64,000 nt of DNA. Source: Octopus bimaculoides. Taxonomy: Eukaryota. The stretch lies in the NCBI RefSeq assembly GCF_001194135.2, contig NC_068983.1:115413023-115477022 (forward strand), given 5' to 3'. The first letter of the stretch is position 1, and every line of letters begins with the position of its first letter. Of the stretch, positions 62,978 through 64,000 are shown piece by piece. The translations under genes and the position numbers were made by a program. The notes under the pieces were generated by a model that worked only from the letters and a program-made list of their open reading frames with translations, had not been told where the DNA came from and did no database searches.

Positions 62978-64000
62978 AAACTAACGGAAAGTAACGGGAA
63001 CTAACGGAAAATAACGGAAACTAACGAGAAGTAACGGAAACTAACGGAAACTAACGGCAAGTAACGGAAACTAACGGAAACTGACGGAACCTAACGGAAA
63101 GTAACGGAAAGTAACGGAAAGAAACGGAGAGTAACAGCAAATAACGGAAACTAACGAAAACTAACGGAAACTAACGGAAACGAATGGAAACTGACGGAAA
63201 CTAACGGAAAGTAACGGAAAGTAACGAAAACTAACACAATCTAGCGGAAACTAACGGGGACTAACGGAAAATAACGGAGACTAAAGGAAAGTAAAGGAAA
63301 GTAACGTAGAGTAACGGAAAGTAACGGAAACTAACGGAAAGTAACGGAGACTAAAGGAAAGTATCGTAAAGTAACGGAAACTAACGGAAACGAATGGAAA
63401 GTAACGGAAACTAACGGAGAGTAACGGAAACTAACGGAGTCTAGTCGAATGTAACGGGAAATAACGGAAACTAACGAAACTAACGGAAAATAATGGGGTC
63501 TAACGGAAAGTAACGGAAACTGGCGGAAAGTAACTGAAACTAAAGGAAAGTAATGGAAAGTAATGGAAACAAACGGAAACTAACGGAAACAAACGGAAAA
63601 TTTATGGAAACTAACGAAAAGTAACGGAAATTAACGGAAACTAACGGAAACTAAAGGAAACTAATGGGAAGTAACGGAAACTAACGGAAACTAACGGAAG
63701 GTAACGGAAAGTAACGGAAAGTAATTGAAACTAACGGAAACTAACGGCAAATAACGGGAACTAACGGAAACTAACGGAAAGTAACGGAAAGTGGCGGAAA
63801 GTAACGGAAACTCACGGAAAGTAACGGAAAATAGCGGAAACTATCGGAAACCTACGGAAACTATCGGAAAGTAAGTGTGCCATAGGACACCCCAAATATG
63901 CCACCCAGGATGTGCCACCCTCTAACTGTGCCATGGGGCTCCCCAGATGTGCCACCCTCGTATATATATATATATATATATCTGTGTGTGTGTGTGTGTG

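Larger units (their letters stand above)
58366..63873 (+). repeat. 10-bp satellite, consensus GGAAA(C/G)TAAC, interrupted by gaps and non-satellite blocks
   Basis: Hundreds of decamers with single-base variants. Segments 58366-60733, 61313-61460, 62050-62232, 62568-62635 and 62978-63873. Confidence 0.98.

Overview
AT-rich, repeat-dense animal draft-assembly sequence with many N gaps. The SINE repertoire and microsatellite load suggest an octopus or other coleoid cephalopod (inference, not a database match). No intact long ORF is present, and most ORF-track calls are microsatellite or N read-through, or antisense to transposons. The window holds a 5'-truncated R4/Dong-type LINE bounded by TAA repeats, an RTE-type LINE fragment, Penelope-like fragments, about seven Tc1/mariner relics (one with DD41D spacing), a decayed piggyBac split by a SINE, and dozens of copies of at least four tRNA-headed SINE families. 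A 10-bp satellite (GGAAA[C/G]TAAC) fills the last ~5.6 kb. Less obvious structure: (1) a chain of very short, phase-compatible plus-strand exon candidates (8-69 nt) that may belong to a host gene; (2) an old ~1.5-2 kb AT-rich unit present in four copies at 34-45 kb, two forming a large inverted repeat with a 54-bp perfectly identical inner segment; (3) several minimal type I hammerhead-ribozyme motifs clustered at 43-49 kb, one at the tail of a tRNA-headed element; (4) local sequence copied into a SINE, and a mariner fragment copied into the satellite.
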